This document shows positions 53,038-62,535 of a stretch of DNA of 64,000 bases, piece after piece (the first letter of the stretch is position 1; each line of letters opens with the position of its first letter). Where the stretch lies: the NCBI GenBank assembly GCA_031411495.1, contig JANOBD010000081.1, positions 1,519 through 65,518 of the forward strand. Direction: 5' to 3'. This DNA is from Phycisphaerae bacterium (GTDB lineage Bacteria; Planctomycetota; Phycisphaerae; Tepidisphaerales; Tepidisphaeraceae). The notes under the pieces are model-generated. The model saw only the letters and a list, made by a program, of their open reading frames with translations. It did not search any database and was not told where the DNA came from. The position numbers and the translations under genes are program-made.

Positions 53038-54396
53038 ATGGCCAGCGAATTATCCATTCTGACCCAGGTTGCCACCCGGCCATTCCACGTGATGACCAAG
53101 CCCATCGGGCCGATTTGCAACCTCGACTGCAAATACTGTTTCTATCTCGAAAAGGAGAAGCTCTACGCCGGCGAACGCAAGTGGGCGATGGCCGACGATG
53201 TGCTGGAGGCGTATATCGCACAGTACATCCGCGCACAGCCCGGCGGGACGGTGAGCTTCGCCTGGCAGGGGGGCGAGCCGACGCTGCTCGGCGTCGATTA
53301 CTTCCGCGGCGTCGTCGAACTCCAGGCCAAGTACGCCGACGGCCGAAAGATCGAAAACGCCCTGCAGACCAACGGCACCCTACTTGATGATGACTGGTGT
53401 TCATTCCTCGCCGAGAACCGGTTCCTTGTCGGCCTCTCCATCGACGGGCCGCGACCACTCCACGACATCTACCGCGTCGACAAAAAACAGCAGCCGACGT
53501 TTGACCTTGTCGTCCGCGGACTCGAACTCCTGAAGAAGCACGCCGTGGAGTTCAACACCCTCACCGTCGTGAACCGCGCCAACAGCCAGAAGCCGCAGGA
53601 GGTGTACCGGTTTCTCAAATCGATCGGCAGCGGTTTCATCCAGTTCATCCCGCTCGTCGAACGGCTGCCGCAGACGCGCCTGAAAGTGCTCGGCCTCGAT
53701 CTTGCCGAACCGAGCGCTGCCGACGATCCCGAACGGCCGCCCGTCACCGAGTGGAGCGTTCGCAGCGTCGACTATGGCCAATTCCTCATCACCATTTTCG
53801 ACGAATGGGTCAGGAACGACGTCGGGCGCGTTTACGTTCAGCACTTCGACGTCGCCCTCGGCAACTGGGCGGGTCTGGGAAGCGCGCTCTGCGTATTTGC
53901 CGAGAAGTGCGGCGCGGCGATGGCCATCGAACACAACGGCGATCTTTATTCCTGCGACCACTACGTCTACCCGCAGTACAAGCTCGGCAACGTCCTCAAC
54001 ACCTCGCTGGGCGCGATGGCGAGTTCTCAACAGCAGCAGGCGTTCGGCAGCTCCAAATCGGAATCACTGCCGAACTCCTGCCGGAATTGCGAAGTGCGCT
54101 TCGCCTGCAACGGCGAATGCCCGAAGCACCGCTTCATTCAAACGCCCGACGGCGAGGACGGGCTGAACTATCTCTGCGCCGGCTACAAGCGGTTCTTCAA
54201 CCACATCGATCCGTACATGAAAACGATGGCCGACCTGCTCAAGCGCGAGCAACCGCCGGCGCTGATCATGCAGATGATCCGCGACCGGGAGCGCGCGATC
54301 GCGCAGTCGCGCATCGGCCCGAACGAGCCGTGCGCATGCGGGAGCGGGAAGAAGTTCAAAAAGTGTTGTGGAGCGCGACCCGGAGCCGGCTTTTGA
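53038..54396 (+). CDS. Anaerobic sulfatase-maturating enzyme (radical SAM/SPASM; anSME/AslB-like)
   Basis: Radical-SAM motif CNLDCKYC plus GGEPTLLG, followed by SPASM-type Cys clusters (CDHYVYPQ...CRNCEVRFACNGECPK...CAGY), and a C-terminal SEC-C-like CACGSGKKFKKCCG. Confidence 0.85.
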   Translation: MASELSILTQVATRPFHVMTKPIGPICNLDCKYCFYLEKEKLYAGERKWAMADDVLEAYIAQYIRAQPGGTVSFAWQGGEPTLLGVDYFRGVVELQAKYADGRKIENALQTNGTLLDDDWCSFLAENRFLVGLSIDGPRPLHDIYRVDKKQQPTFDLVVRGLELLKKHAVEFNTLTVVNRANSQKPQEVYRFLKSIGSGFIQFIPLVERLPQTRLKVLGLDLAEPSAADDPERPPVTEWSVRSVDYGQFLITIFDEWVRNDVGRVYVQHFDVALGNWAGLGSALCVFAEKCGAAMAIEHNGDLYSCDHYVYPQYKLGNVLNTSLGAMASSQQQQAFGSSKSESLPNSCRNCEVRFACNGECPKHRFIQTPDGEDGLNYLCAGYKRFFNHIDPYMKTMADLLKREQPPALIMQMIRDRERAIAQSRIGPNEPCACGSGKKFKKCCGARPGAGF

Positions 54397-54431
54397 CGGT
54401 GCACGAAACATCAACTATTGAAAAGGCACTC

Positions 54432-56636
54432 ATGTGGAAAGCAGCACCCGTACCGATTTCGTCGCCCTGGGCTTTGAAGGTCGATCCGCAAAACCTGTGG
54501 CCGGACTATCCGCGCCCGCAACTGGTCCGCGACCGGTGGATGAACCTGAATGGGCTATGGGATTACGCGATCATCGATGAGTCGGCCGAACTACCGGCGC
54601 AGTGGCAGGGGAAGATCCTCGTGCCGTTTGCGGTGGAGTCGTCGCTATCGGGCGTGGGCAGGCGCCTGGGCTCGAACGAAGCGCTCTGGTATCGCCGCAC
54701 GTTCAAGGCGAGCGCGGCCGATGGCCGGATGCTCCTGCAGTTCGGCGCGGTGGATTGGAAGTGTGAGGTGTGGATCAACGGGCAGCCGGTCGGCGGACAC
54801 GAGGGCGGCTTCGACCGGTTCTCCCTCGACATCACCAAAGCCCTCATGCCCGGCGAAAATGAAATCGTGGTAAAGGCCATCGACCCCACCGATGACGCCG
54901 CCCAACCCCGCGGCAAGCAGGTTCGCATGCCCGAGGGCATCTGGTACACGCCGGTGAGCGGCATCTGGCAGACGGTGTGGCTCGAGACCGTGCCCGAGAC
55001 GTCCATCGCGGCCCTCAAGATCACGCCGGATCTCGACAAGAGCAGTGTGCGCATCGAGATCGCCCAGCGCGGGGGCGCGAAGCCGGCCGGTGCGACAATC
55101 GAAGTTCTCGACGGCTCGGCCGTCGTCGCGGTCGTGAGCGCAAAGACCGGCGCGCCGATCGAGATCCCAATTCCCAATCCCAGGACGTGGTCTCCCGATT
55201 CGCCGTTCCTCTACGATGTGAAGGTCACACTGCCCGAGTCCGGCGACCTGGTGACGAGCTACTTCGGCATGCGGAAGATCTCGGTCGCACCCGATTCCGC
55301 GGGATACCTGCGCCTGCAATTGAACAACAAGCCGATCTTCATGTTCGGCCCGCTCGACCAGGGGTGGTGGCCGGATGGACTCTACACCGCGCCGACGGAT
55401 GAAGCGCTGCGCTACGACATCGAAATCACCAAAGAGCTCGGCTTCAACATGGCGCGCAAGCACATCAAGCTCGAGCCGGCCCGCTGGTACTACTGGGCCG
55501 ACAAGCTCGGGCTGATGGTCTGGCAGGACATGCCCAGCGGCGGCGTGGGCTCGCGACTGGCGAAGAACTATCACATCGGCGGAGACGACCCGGACGCGCC
55601 GATCAACGACGCCGAATCGGCCGTCTTCCGACGCGAACTCAAGTCGATCATCGATGCGGCCTACAACCACCCGTGCATCGTCGTCTGGGTGCCGTTCAAT
55701 GAGGGCTGGTTCCAGCACCGCACCAATGAAATCCTCCAGTGGACCAAGGCCTACGACCCGTCCCGCCTGATCGACGGGCCCAGCGGATGGACCGATCGCG
55801 GATTCGGCGACATGCACGACATGCACCGCTACCCCGGCCCGGACATGTTCGTGGCCGACGGAAAGCGCGCCAGTGTGCTCGGCGAATACGGTGGGCTCGG
55901 GTTGCCGATCGAGGGGCACGTCTGGCAGGAGAAAAAAAACTGGGGATACGTCACCTACACCGGCATCGAACAACTGCAGGATGAGTATCGGCAACTCTCC
56001 GAGCGGCTCATCCCGCTCGCGCAGCGCGGCCTTACGGCGGCCGTCTATACGCAGACGACGGATGTGGAAATCGAAGTGAACGGGCTGCTGACCTACGACC
56101 GGAGGGTCGTGAAGTTCAAGCCCGAGGAACTGCGGAAGCAACACGAAGCCGTGATGCGCGCAATAGAGCATCCGATCCGCGCCAACGTACTGGCGACGAT
56201 GAACCGCGAGCGGCCATCTGAGTACCGGTTCGTCACGGAGGAGCCGACGGACAATTGGTCATCACCGGACTTCGACGATTCGCGCTGGCAGCCGATCAAG
56301 GGGAACATCGGCACCAAGGGGAAGGGCGGCTTCCGCGTCGGCGAACCGGAATGGACGACGCCGCAAATCTGGGCGCGCCGGATCGTGAAACTCGACGCAC
56401 TGCCGAGCGGCGAGGTCCACGCGCGAGTGATCCACGATCAGGACATGGAGGTCTACATCAACGGCGTCCACGCCGTGTCGCTCAAGGGGAACATCTCGGA
56501 TTATCGCGAACTGAAGATCTCCGACGCAGCCCGCGCGGCGCTGAGGGCCGGCGACAACGTGATCGCGATCCACGCGATCGCCTCCGGCGAGCTAAGAATC
56601 CTCGACGTGGGCCTGATCGAATTGAGGAAGGCGTGA
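54432..56636 (+). CDS. Glycoside hydrolase family 2 protein (beta-galactosidase/beta-mannosidase/glucuronidase-like)
   Basis: GH2 sugar-binding domain features (YPRPQLVRDRWMNLNGLWDYA; VDWKCEVWINGQPVGGHEGGFDRFSLDIT). The catalytic region is MARKHIKLEP...NEGW. I chose the start at ATG 54432; the upstream in-frame ORF-track extension (from 53751) overlaps anSME. Confidence 0.75.
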   Translation: MWKAAPVPISSPWALKVDPQNLWPDYPRPQLVRDRWMNLNGLWDYAIIDESAELPAQWQGKILVPFAVESSLSGVGRRLGSNEALWYRRTFKASAADGRMLLQFGAVDWKCEVWINGQPVGGHEGGFDRFSLDITKALMPGENEIVVKAIDPTDDAAQPRGKQVRMPEGIWYTPVSGIWQTVWLETVPETSIAALKITPDLDKSSVRIEIAQRGGAKPAGATIEVLDGSAVVAVVSAKTGAPIEIPIPNPRTWSPDSPFLYDVKVTLPESGDLVTSYFGMRKISVAPDSAGYLRLQLNNKPIFMFGPLDQGWWPDGLYTAPTDEALRYDIEITKELGFNMARKHIKLEPARWYYWADKLGLMVWQDMPSGGVGSRLAKNYHIGGDDPDAPINDAESAVFRRELKSIIDAAYNHPCIVVWVPFNEGWFQHRTNEILQWTKAYDPSRLIDGPSGWTDRGFGDMHDMHRYPGPDMFVADGKRASVLGEYGGLGLPIEGHVWQEKKNWGYVTYTGIEQLQDEYRQLSERLIPLAQRGLTAAVYTQTTDVEIEVNGLLTYDRRVVKFKPEELRKQHEAVMRAIEHPIRANVLATMNRERPSEYRFVTEEPTDNWSSPDFDDSRWQPIKGNIGTKGKGGFRVGEPEWTTPQIWARRIVKLDALPSGEVHARVIHDQDMEVYINGVHAVSLKGNISDYRELKISDAARAALRAGDNVIAIHAIASGELRILDVGLIELRKA

Positions 56637-56640
56637 ACCG

Positions 56641-57792
56641 GAACGGAGAGAGGGATTCAACGAAGCCGTCTTTCGTAAAGGGAGCCCAGGGCGAGATTTA
56701 TCACCTAAGCCCTATCACGACATCGCGCGCCGACTTCTGGCGGAGAGCGCGCCGCCGCCGCCGAAAGTTTCAAGTTGGACGTGGCATGCCGTTAAACGAC
56801 TCCTTCAAAATGAGCGCTACACCGGCAATTGGAGCTACGGCATTTTCAAGACCGTATGGCAAAGCAAAGCCGATTATGCGCGGCAGATCCGCCAAGACTT
56901 GCCGTACCACGCACATCGCATCGAATCCCTCCGCATTATCGATGACGAACTTTTTGAAAGCGCAAAAGTGCTGGCGAATGGGAAGAAACGTCGGGGCGGG
57001 CGCAAGCGCCATTCGGCAGCCGGCCAAACCCTTCGTGATCCGCTCAAAGGGCTCCTCTACTGTCCAGGTCACAACTTCGCGCTGCGGTCGAGCGGATCCG
57101 ATGGTGAGTGTTACGCATGCGCTGCGTGTAAGAAGATCGGCGAAACGCAATATCTGTATTCGATCGTGAACCGGCATGTCGCACGCCGCGCAATCTGCAC
57201 CGCTATCCTGAAGTGGATTCGCTCTCAACCCGACCTGGTCGATCGAATTGTAAATCGAACTCGTGCGATCCTGGCAGATCTGGCGCCGCACGATGATGGC
57301 CGAGTCGAACAGATTCGCGCGCAGCTCGGCGACGTCCAGCGCCGACTGGGAAACGCGATTCAGTACCTTTCCGGTGAAGAGGCCGATCGGGTCAATGGCC
57401 AGCTCGCGCAAAAGCAGGACTTGCTTAAGAAGGAGGTGGTATTGCTCGAAAAGCAACGGGTCGCTCCTCTCCAACCGCCGACGCGGCAGGAAATTCAGCT
57501 CGCGCTAAGTCAGGTGGGAGATCACCTTACGAAGCACGGCAATGACCCCGATGTAAATGTCCGAGTCGCGGCCGTTATCAAGCAGATTACTGGCGGCCGT
57601 ATCGAACTGAGCCAGCAAGGTGAGGCCAGGCGATGTTCTCGTAATGAGACCGCGCTCAGCCATCGGCGCAATCGATCTGAGCCAATCCATTACTCCTGCG
57701 AATCGGCTAAGCCCGAGTGCTTCGAGTCGCGAGCTGGGTTCTATTCGCCGACGCTCCGACGATCGTCAAGGTTGGTGATCCGGATGAGCTAA
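56641..57792 (+). pseudogene. Remnant of a large serine recombinase gene (recombinase domain + zinc-ribbon + coiled-coil; catalytic resolvase domain missing)
   Basis: The frame is open from immediately after the GH2 stop with no plausible start. DIARRLLAES...WHAVKRLLQNERYTGNWSYG matches the recombinase-domain consensus (IA..LN..G......W....V..IL.NP.YTG), followed by C..C zinc-ribbon region CPGHNF...CYACAAC and a coiled-coil. There is no N-terminal Ser-recombinase catalytic domain. Confidence 0.55.
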
Positions 57793-57835
57793 GCCCGTGT
57801 TGAGTCGCACGGAAGAAACGTAGGACGCTGTTACT

Positions 57836-58249
57836 ATGAAGAACTACCGAACACTTGCCGTCGCAGTGGCCTGCGCGCTTGCCTCCACGGCGTCTCTTGT
57901 CACCATGTCCACCGCACAAACCGCGGGCCAAAGCACGGATCGAACCAGCGCGCAAAGCGGTCAAACGGGGGGCATATCATCAGGATCCGCTGCCGACGGT
58001 AGCCGCGCAGGCGAAGGTGCCGACACCGCCGATCGTCAGATGCTGCAGACTCTTCAGCAGATTGCGCAGTCGCCGGAGAACGCCCCTGACAAGCTCTTCG
58101 TTCTGATGGTGGCGGCGGGCAACCAGTGGGAGACCGAGTTCTCGCGCGTTGTCCAAGAGAAAGTTCAGGATCAGCAGGTGAAAGATCTCGCGAAGAGATG
58201 TATCAAAAGTTCCGTGACAAGGAAGATGGCTGCATCAAGGTCATTCTGA
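57836..58249 (+). CDS. Truncated DUF4142-domain paralog (N-terminal ~half only)
   Basis: Signal MKNYRTLAVAVACALAS. QMLQTLQQIAQSPENAPDKLFVLMVAAGNQWETEFSRVVQEKVQDQQVKDLAKR is clearly homologous to residues ~75-130 of the 10593-11417 protein, but the ORF stops at 137 aa vs 274 aa. Confidence 0.4.
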   Translation: MKNYRTLAVAVACALASTASLVTMSTAQTAGQSTDRTSAQSGQTGGISSGSAADGSRAGEGADTADRQMLQTLQQIAQSPENAPDKLFVLMVAAGNQWETEFSRVVQEKVQDQQVKDLAKRCIKSSVTRKMAASRSF

Positions 58250-58313
58250 AGCCATAGCCGTTTCGTTCACTCACGCATAAAGATCCAACGCACCACAAGA
58301 TCCACCCTTGAAT

Positions 58314-60508
58314 ATGATTCAGCCAACCAGATCAAACAACAGCACCGTGCGGTCGGCCTCTTTCCCACAACGTCGCATCTTGCCAGGACAGGCTTATCCG
58401 CTTGGCGCGACGTTTGACGGCGCGGGCGTAAACTTCGCGCTCTTTAGCGAAACGCCGTCGCGGTTGATCTGTGCCTGTTCGACAGCGCCGATCAGACCGT
58501 CGAAAGCGAACGCATTCGCGTGCACGAAAAGACAGACATGGTCTTTCACTGCTACCTGCCGGCGTGCGAGCCGGGGCAACTGTACGGCTTCCGTGTTCAT
58601 GGGCCGTACCAGCCACAGCAGGGCCATCGTTTCAATCCGAACAAGCTCGCAATCGACCCGTATGCCAAGGCAATCGGTCGTCCTTTGTCGTGGGATGCCA
58701 GCGTCTTCGGATACGACATCACCTCGGCCGATGATCGTTCGTACGGCGGGCTCGACAGCGCTGCGCACGCGCCACTCGCCGCCGTCGTCGACGGCGCATT
58801 CACCTGGGGCGACGATCGCCCGCCGCGGACGCCGTGGCATCGAACCTTGATCTACGAAACACACGTCCGCGGCCTCACGAAAATGCATCCTGACGTGTCG
58901 GCGGACAAGCGAGGCACTTACGCGGGGCTCGCGTCGGAGCCGGTGATCGCACATCTGAAGCGTCTGGGCGTAACGGCGATCGAACTGATGCCCGTGCACT
59001 GTCACATCGATGATCACACACTCGTTCAGGCGGGCCGCAAGAACTACTGGGGCTACAACACGCTTTCCTATTTTGCTTTGCATCCCGAGTACGCGTCCAA
59101 GAACTTGCCGGCCGCCCAACTCGCCGAGTTCAAGAGCATGGTCCGCACGCTGCACGCGGCGGGCATCGAGGTGATTCTCGATGTCGTCTACAACCACACC
59201 TGCGAAGGAAACCAGTTCGGCCCGTCGCTCTCCTGGCGCGCCATCGACAATGCCAGCTATTACAAGCTCAGCCCGGAAGACTCGCGCTACTACATGGACT
59301 TCACAGGCTGCGGCAACATGCTCAACATGCAGCACCCGCGCGTGCTACAGCTGATCATGGACTCCTTGCGCTATTGGGTGACGGAATGCCATGTCGACGG
59401 ATTCCGATTCGATCTCGCATCGACGCTCGCTCGCGAACTGCACGAGGTGAATCGCCTCGGCGCGTTCTTCGACATCATCCATCAGGATCCGGTCCTGTCG
59501 CAGGTGAAGCTCATCGCCGAACCCTGGGACGTCGGCCCTGGCGGCTACCAGGTGGGGAATTTTCCCGTGCTGTGGACGGAGTGGAACGGCAAATATCGCG
59601 ACGCCATCCGCAAGTTCTGGCGGGGCGACGGCGGACAAGTGAGTGAGATGGCCGAGCGGCTGTGCGGCAGCCGTGATCTCTACGCCCGCACCGGACGCAA
59701 GCCGTACGCGAGTATCAACTTCGTCACGGCTCACGACGGGTTCCCGCTTCACGATCTCGTGAGCTTTAACGACAAACACAACGAAGCGAATGGAGAGGGA
59801 AACCGCGACGGTTCGAACGACAACTTCAGTTGGAACTGCGGAGCCGAAGGCGAAACGAATGATCCTGCCGTCCTGCGTCTGCGCGAGCGCCAAAAGCGCA
59901 ACCTCATCGCGACACTTCTCTTCAGCGAAGGCGTGCCGATGATCCTCGCCGGCGATGAACTCGGTCACACACAGAGGGGCAACAACAACGCTTTTTGCCA
60001 GGACAATGACCTCACCTGGCTCAACTGGAACCTTGATGATCGCAAGCAATCGTTCCTGGATTTCGTCACACGCTGCACGCGGATGTTCAACCAACAGCCC
60101 GCCCTGCAGCGGCGGAACTTCTTCCTCGGCCGCGACATCCGTGGCGAAGGTATTAAGGACGTAAGCTTCTTCGAACCCTCCGGTCGGGACATGTCGGATG
60201 ATGCATGGTCTCAATCGTCGACGCGCTGCTTCGGCGTCCGGTTCGCGGGCGACCTGATCGACGAGGTTGACGAGAACGGCGAACCGGTCGTTGGAGACAC
60301 GCTGCTTCTGCTCATCAACGCTGGAGACGACAAGGTGCCGTTCCAACTCCCGCCGACGCGCGATGACGTGAAGTGGGAACTGGTCATCGACACGGCGGCA
60401 GAGGATCGAGATCAACATTGGACTGGTGAATCACCGTTTCCATTACTGGGCCGATCCCTCGCGCTCTTTCTGGTTCCCACGCCCGACATTTCGAAAATGC
60501 AAGACTAG
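58314..60508 (+). CDS. glgX: Glycogen debranching enzyme GlgX/TreX (GH13), interrupted by an apparent -1 frameshift in an A-run near 58449-58451
   Basis: Frame A (58314-) gives ...[24 protein letters not shown], then diverges. Frame B (the ORF-track 58520-60508 frame, which actually opens after TAG 58445-58447) gives [66 protein letters not shown], matching the GlgX N-terminus (VNFxLFSxxAxxVELCLFD). The downstream GH13 core includes [10 protein letters not shown]...GFRFDLAS. Confidence 0.75.
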
Positions 60509-60516
60509 GATGCTCC

Positions 60517-62535
60517 ATGCCTCTCGAGACTCGTATCGAACGGACCATGTCTATCGGCGCAGAACGGGCCGAAGGCGGCGCACACTTCCGCGTGTGGGCG
60601 CCGAAGCGAAAGTCGGTATCCGTGGTGCTCGACGATGGAGCCGAGCACGCGCTCTCAGCCGCAACGGACGGCGGCTATTTCTCGGGAATCGTGCCCGACG
60701 TTCCAGTTGGTGTCCGCTACCGCTTCCGACTTGATGATGACCAACGACTCTATCCCGATCCCGCGTCTCGCTTTCAGCCAGAGGGCGTACACGGTCCGTC
60801 GGAGTTGGTGGATCCTTCAACATACAGCTGGGGCGACAGCGCATGGCCGGGCCTGCCTTCGCATGGGCATGTGATATATGAACTGCACATCGGATGTTTC
60901 ACGCCAGAGGGCACCTGGGCATCCGCCGCCGAGAAGCTCAACCATTTGAAAGACCTCGGCGTGACGATCATCGAGGTGATGCCGGTCCACGCCTTTCCGG
61001 GCAAACGAAACTGGGGGTACGACGGCGTCGACTTGTTTGCTCCCACCGAGAACTACGGCCCGCCGGACGACTTCCGCCGATTTGTGGATCGGGCACACGG
61101 GCTCGGCATCGGCGTGATCCTTGACGTCGTGTACAACCACTTTGGACCTGACGGTAACTACCTCACCGCGTTCTCTGACGTGTATTTTACCGACAAGCAC
61201 GCCAACGACTGGGGCGCGTCACTCAATTTCGACGGCGAACAATCGAAGTCCGTCCGCCAGTTCTTCATTGAGAACGCGGCGTATTGGATTCGCGAGTTTC
61301 ACCTGGACGGCATCCGCTTCGATGCCACGCAGGCGATTATCGATGCGTCGCCGACGCACATCCTGCAGGAAATCGGCGTTGCCGCGCGGGCGGCCTCGGA
61401 GCGCCTGCGTGCCGGGCGACGGATCTTCCTCGTCAACGAAAATGAGCCGCAGGATTCACGGCTCATCCGCACCATTTCGAACGGCGGGATGGGGCTTGAC
61501 GCGTCATGGAACGATGATTTCCATCACACCGTTCGGGTGGCGCTCACCGGCCGGCGCGATGCTTACTACACGGATTATCATGGCACCATCCAGGAACTGA
61601 TCAGCGCTGTAAAATGGGGCTACCTCTATCAGGGACAATTCTACAGCTGGCAGCAGCAACGCCGAGGCACGCCTTCGCTGGACCTGCCACACGCGGCGTA
61701 TGTGCATTACATCCAGAATCACGATCAGATCGCCAACTTCGGGAACGGCGAGCGCATTTCGCATTTCGCCAGTCCGGCGCTCATTCGCGCGATCACGACG
61801 ATGTTGCTGCTCGCGCCGCAGCCCCCAATGCTTTTCATGGGTCAGGAGTGGTTTGCAGACACTCGGTTTCTCTACTTTAGTGACCACGGCGGCGAGCTTC
61901 CGGAGGCCATTCGAGCCGGCCGCGCCGAGGAGTTGAGCCAGTTCCCTTCGCTCAGTTCACCCGAGGTAGCAGCGCTGATGGCCGACCCGTCCGCAGAGTC
62001 GACCTTCCTCGCATCCAAACTGAACTGGAACGAGTTGAACGATCGGCATCACCAGGAGAGTCTCGCATTGCATCGGGATCTGCTCCATCTGCGGCGAACC
62101 GATCCGGTATTCAGCAAGCCGATCGATCGCGGAACGCTCGATGCTTCCGTGATTCAACCTCGCAGTTGCGTATTTCGCTTCTTCTCGCGCGATCACGGCG
62201 ATCGGGTACTGATCCTCAACCTCGACGGCGAACAGCATCTCAGTATCGTTCCTGAACCGCTGCTGGCCCCGCCCGCCGGATGCGAATGGCAGACGCTCTT
62301 CTGCAGCGAAGATCCGCAGTATGGCGGACACGGCTGCGTTCCGCCCGAGACACGGAACGAATACTGGCGATTGCCTGGCGAAAATTGGCGGTTGCCCGGT
62401 CATTGCGCACTGGTGATGCGGGCGCGGCCCGCGAGCGGCCGGGTCGAGAGAACGTCACAACTGAGCCCCAACGAACGCCGAAAGGAATTGCGACTGCGTT
62501 CGCAATCGAATCGAGGAACCGATGCCCCAGCATGA
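60517..62535 (+). CDS. treZ: Malto-oligosyltrehalose trehalohydrolase (TreZ, GH13)
   Basis: FRVWAPKRKSVSVVLDD (N-terminal E-set). GH13 core [19 protein letters not shown]...GIRFDATQ. 672 aa. Confidence 0.85.
   Translation: MPLETRIERTMSIGAERAEGGAHFRVWAPKRKSVSVVLDDGAEHALSAATDGGYFSGIVPDVPVGVRYRFRLDDDQRLYPDPASRFQPEGVHGPSELVDPSTYSWGDSAWPGLPSHGHVIYELHIGCFTPEGTWASAAEKLNHLKDLGVTIIEVMPVHAFPGKRNWGYDGVDLFAPTENYGPPDDFRRFVDRAHGLGIGVILDVVYNHFGPDGNYLTAFSDVYFTDKHANDWGASLNFDGEQSKSVRQFFIENAAYWIREFHLDGIRFDATQAIIDASPTHILQEIGVAARAASERLRAGRRIFLVNENEPQDSRLIRTISNGGMGLDASWNDDFHHTVRVALTGRRDAYYTDYHGTIQELISAVKWGYLYQGQFYSWQQQRRGTPSLDLPHAAYVHYIQNHDQIANFGNGERISHFASPALIRAITTMLLLAPQPPMLFMGQEWFADTRFLYFSDHGGELPEAIRAGRAEELSQFPSLSSPEVAALMADPSAESTFLASKLNWNELNDRHHQESLALHRDLLHLRRTDPVFSKPIDRGTLDASVIQPRSCVFRFFSRDHGDRVLILNLDGEQHLSIVPEPLLAPPAGCEWQTLFCSEDPQYGGHGCVPPETRNEYWRLPGENWRLPGHCALVMRARPASGRVERTSQLSPNERRKELRLRSQSNRGTDAPA

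Noticed and set aside
53751-54431. Upstream in-frame extension of the GH2 ORF overlapping the anSME gene
   Set aside because: Overlaps a well-supported gene in another frame with Arg-rich composition. ATG at 54432 gives a sensible GH2 N-terminus.
54645-56171. 508-aa - strand ORF antisense to GH2
   Set aside because: Antisense shadow ORF without motifs.
58394-60418. 313-aa and 357-aa - strand ORFs antisense to glgX
   Set aside because: Shadow ORFs. The sense strand has GH13 conserved regions.
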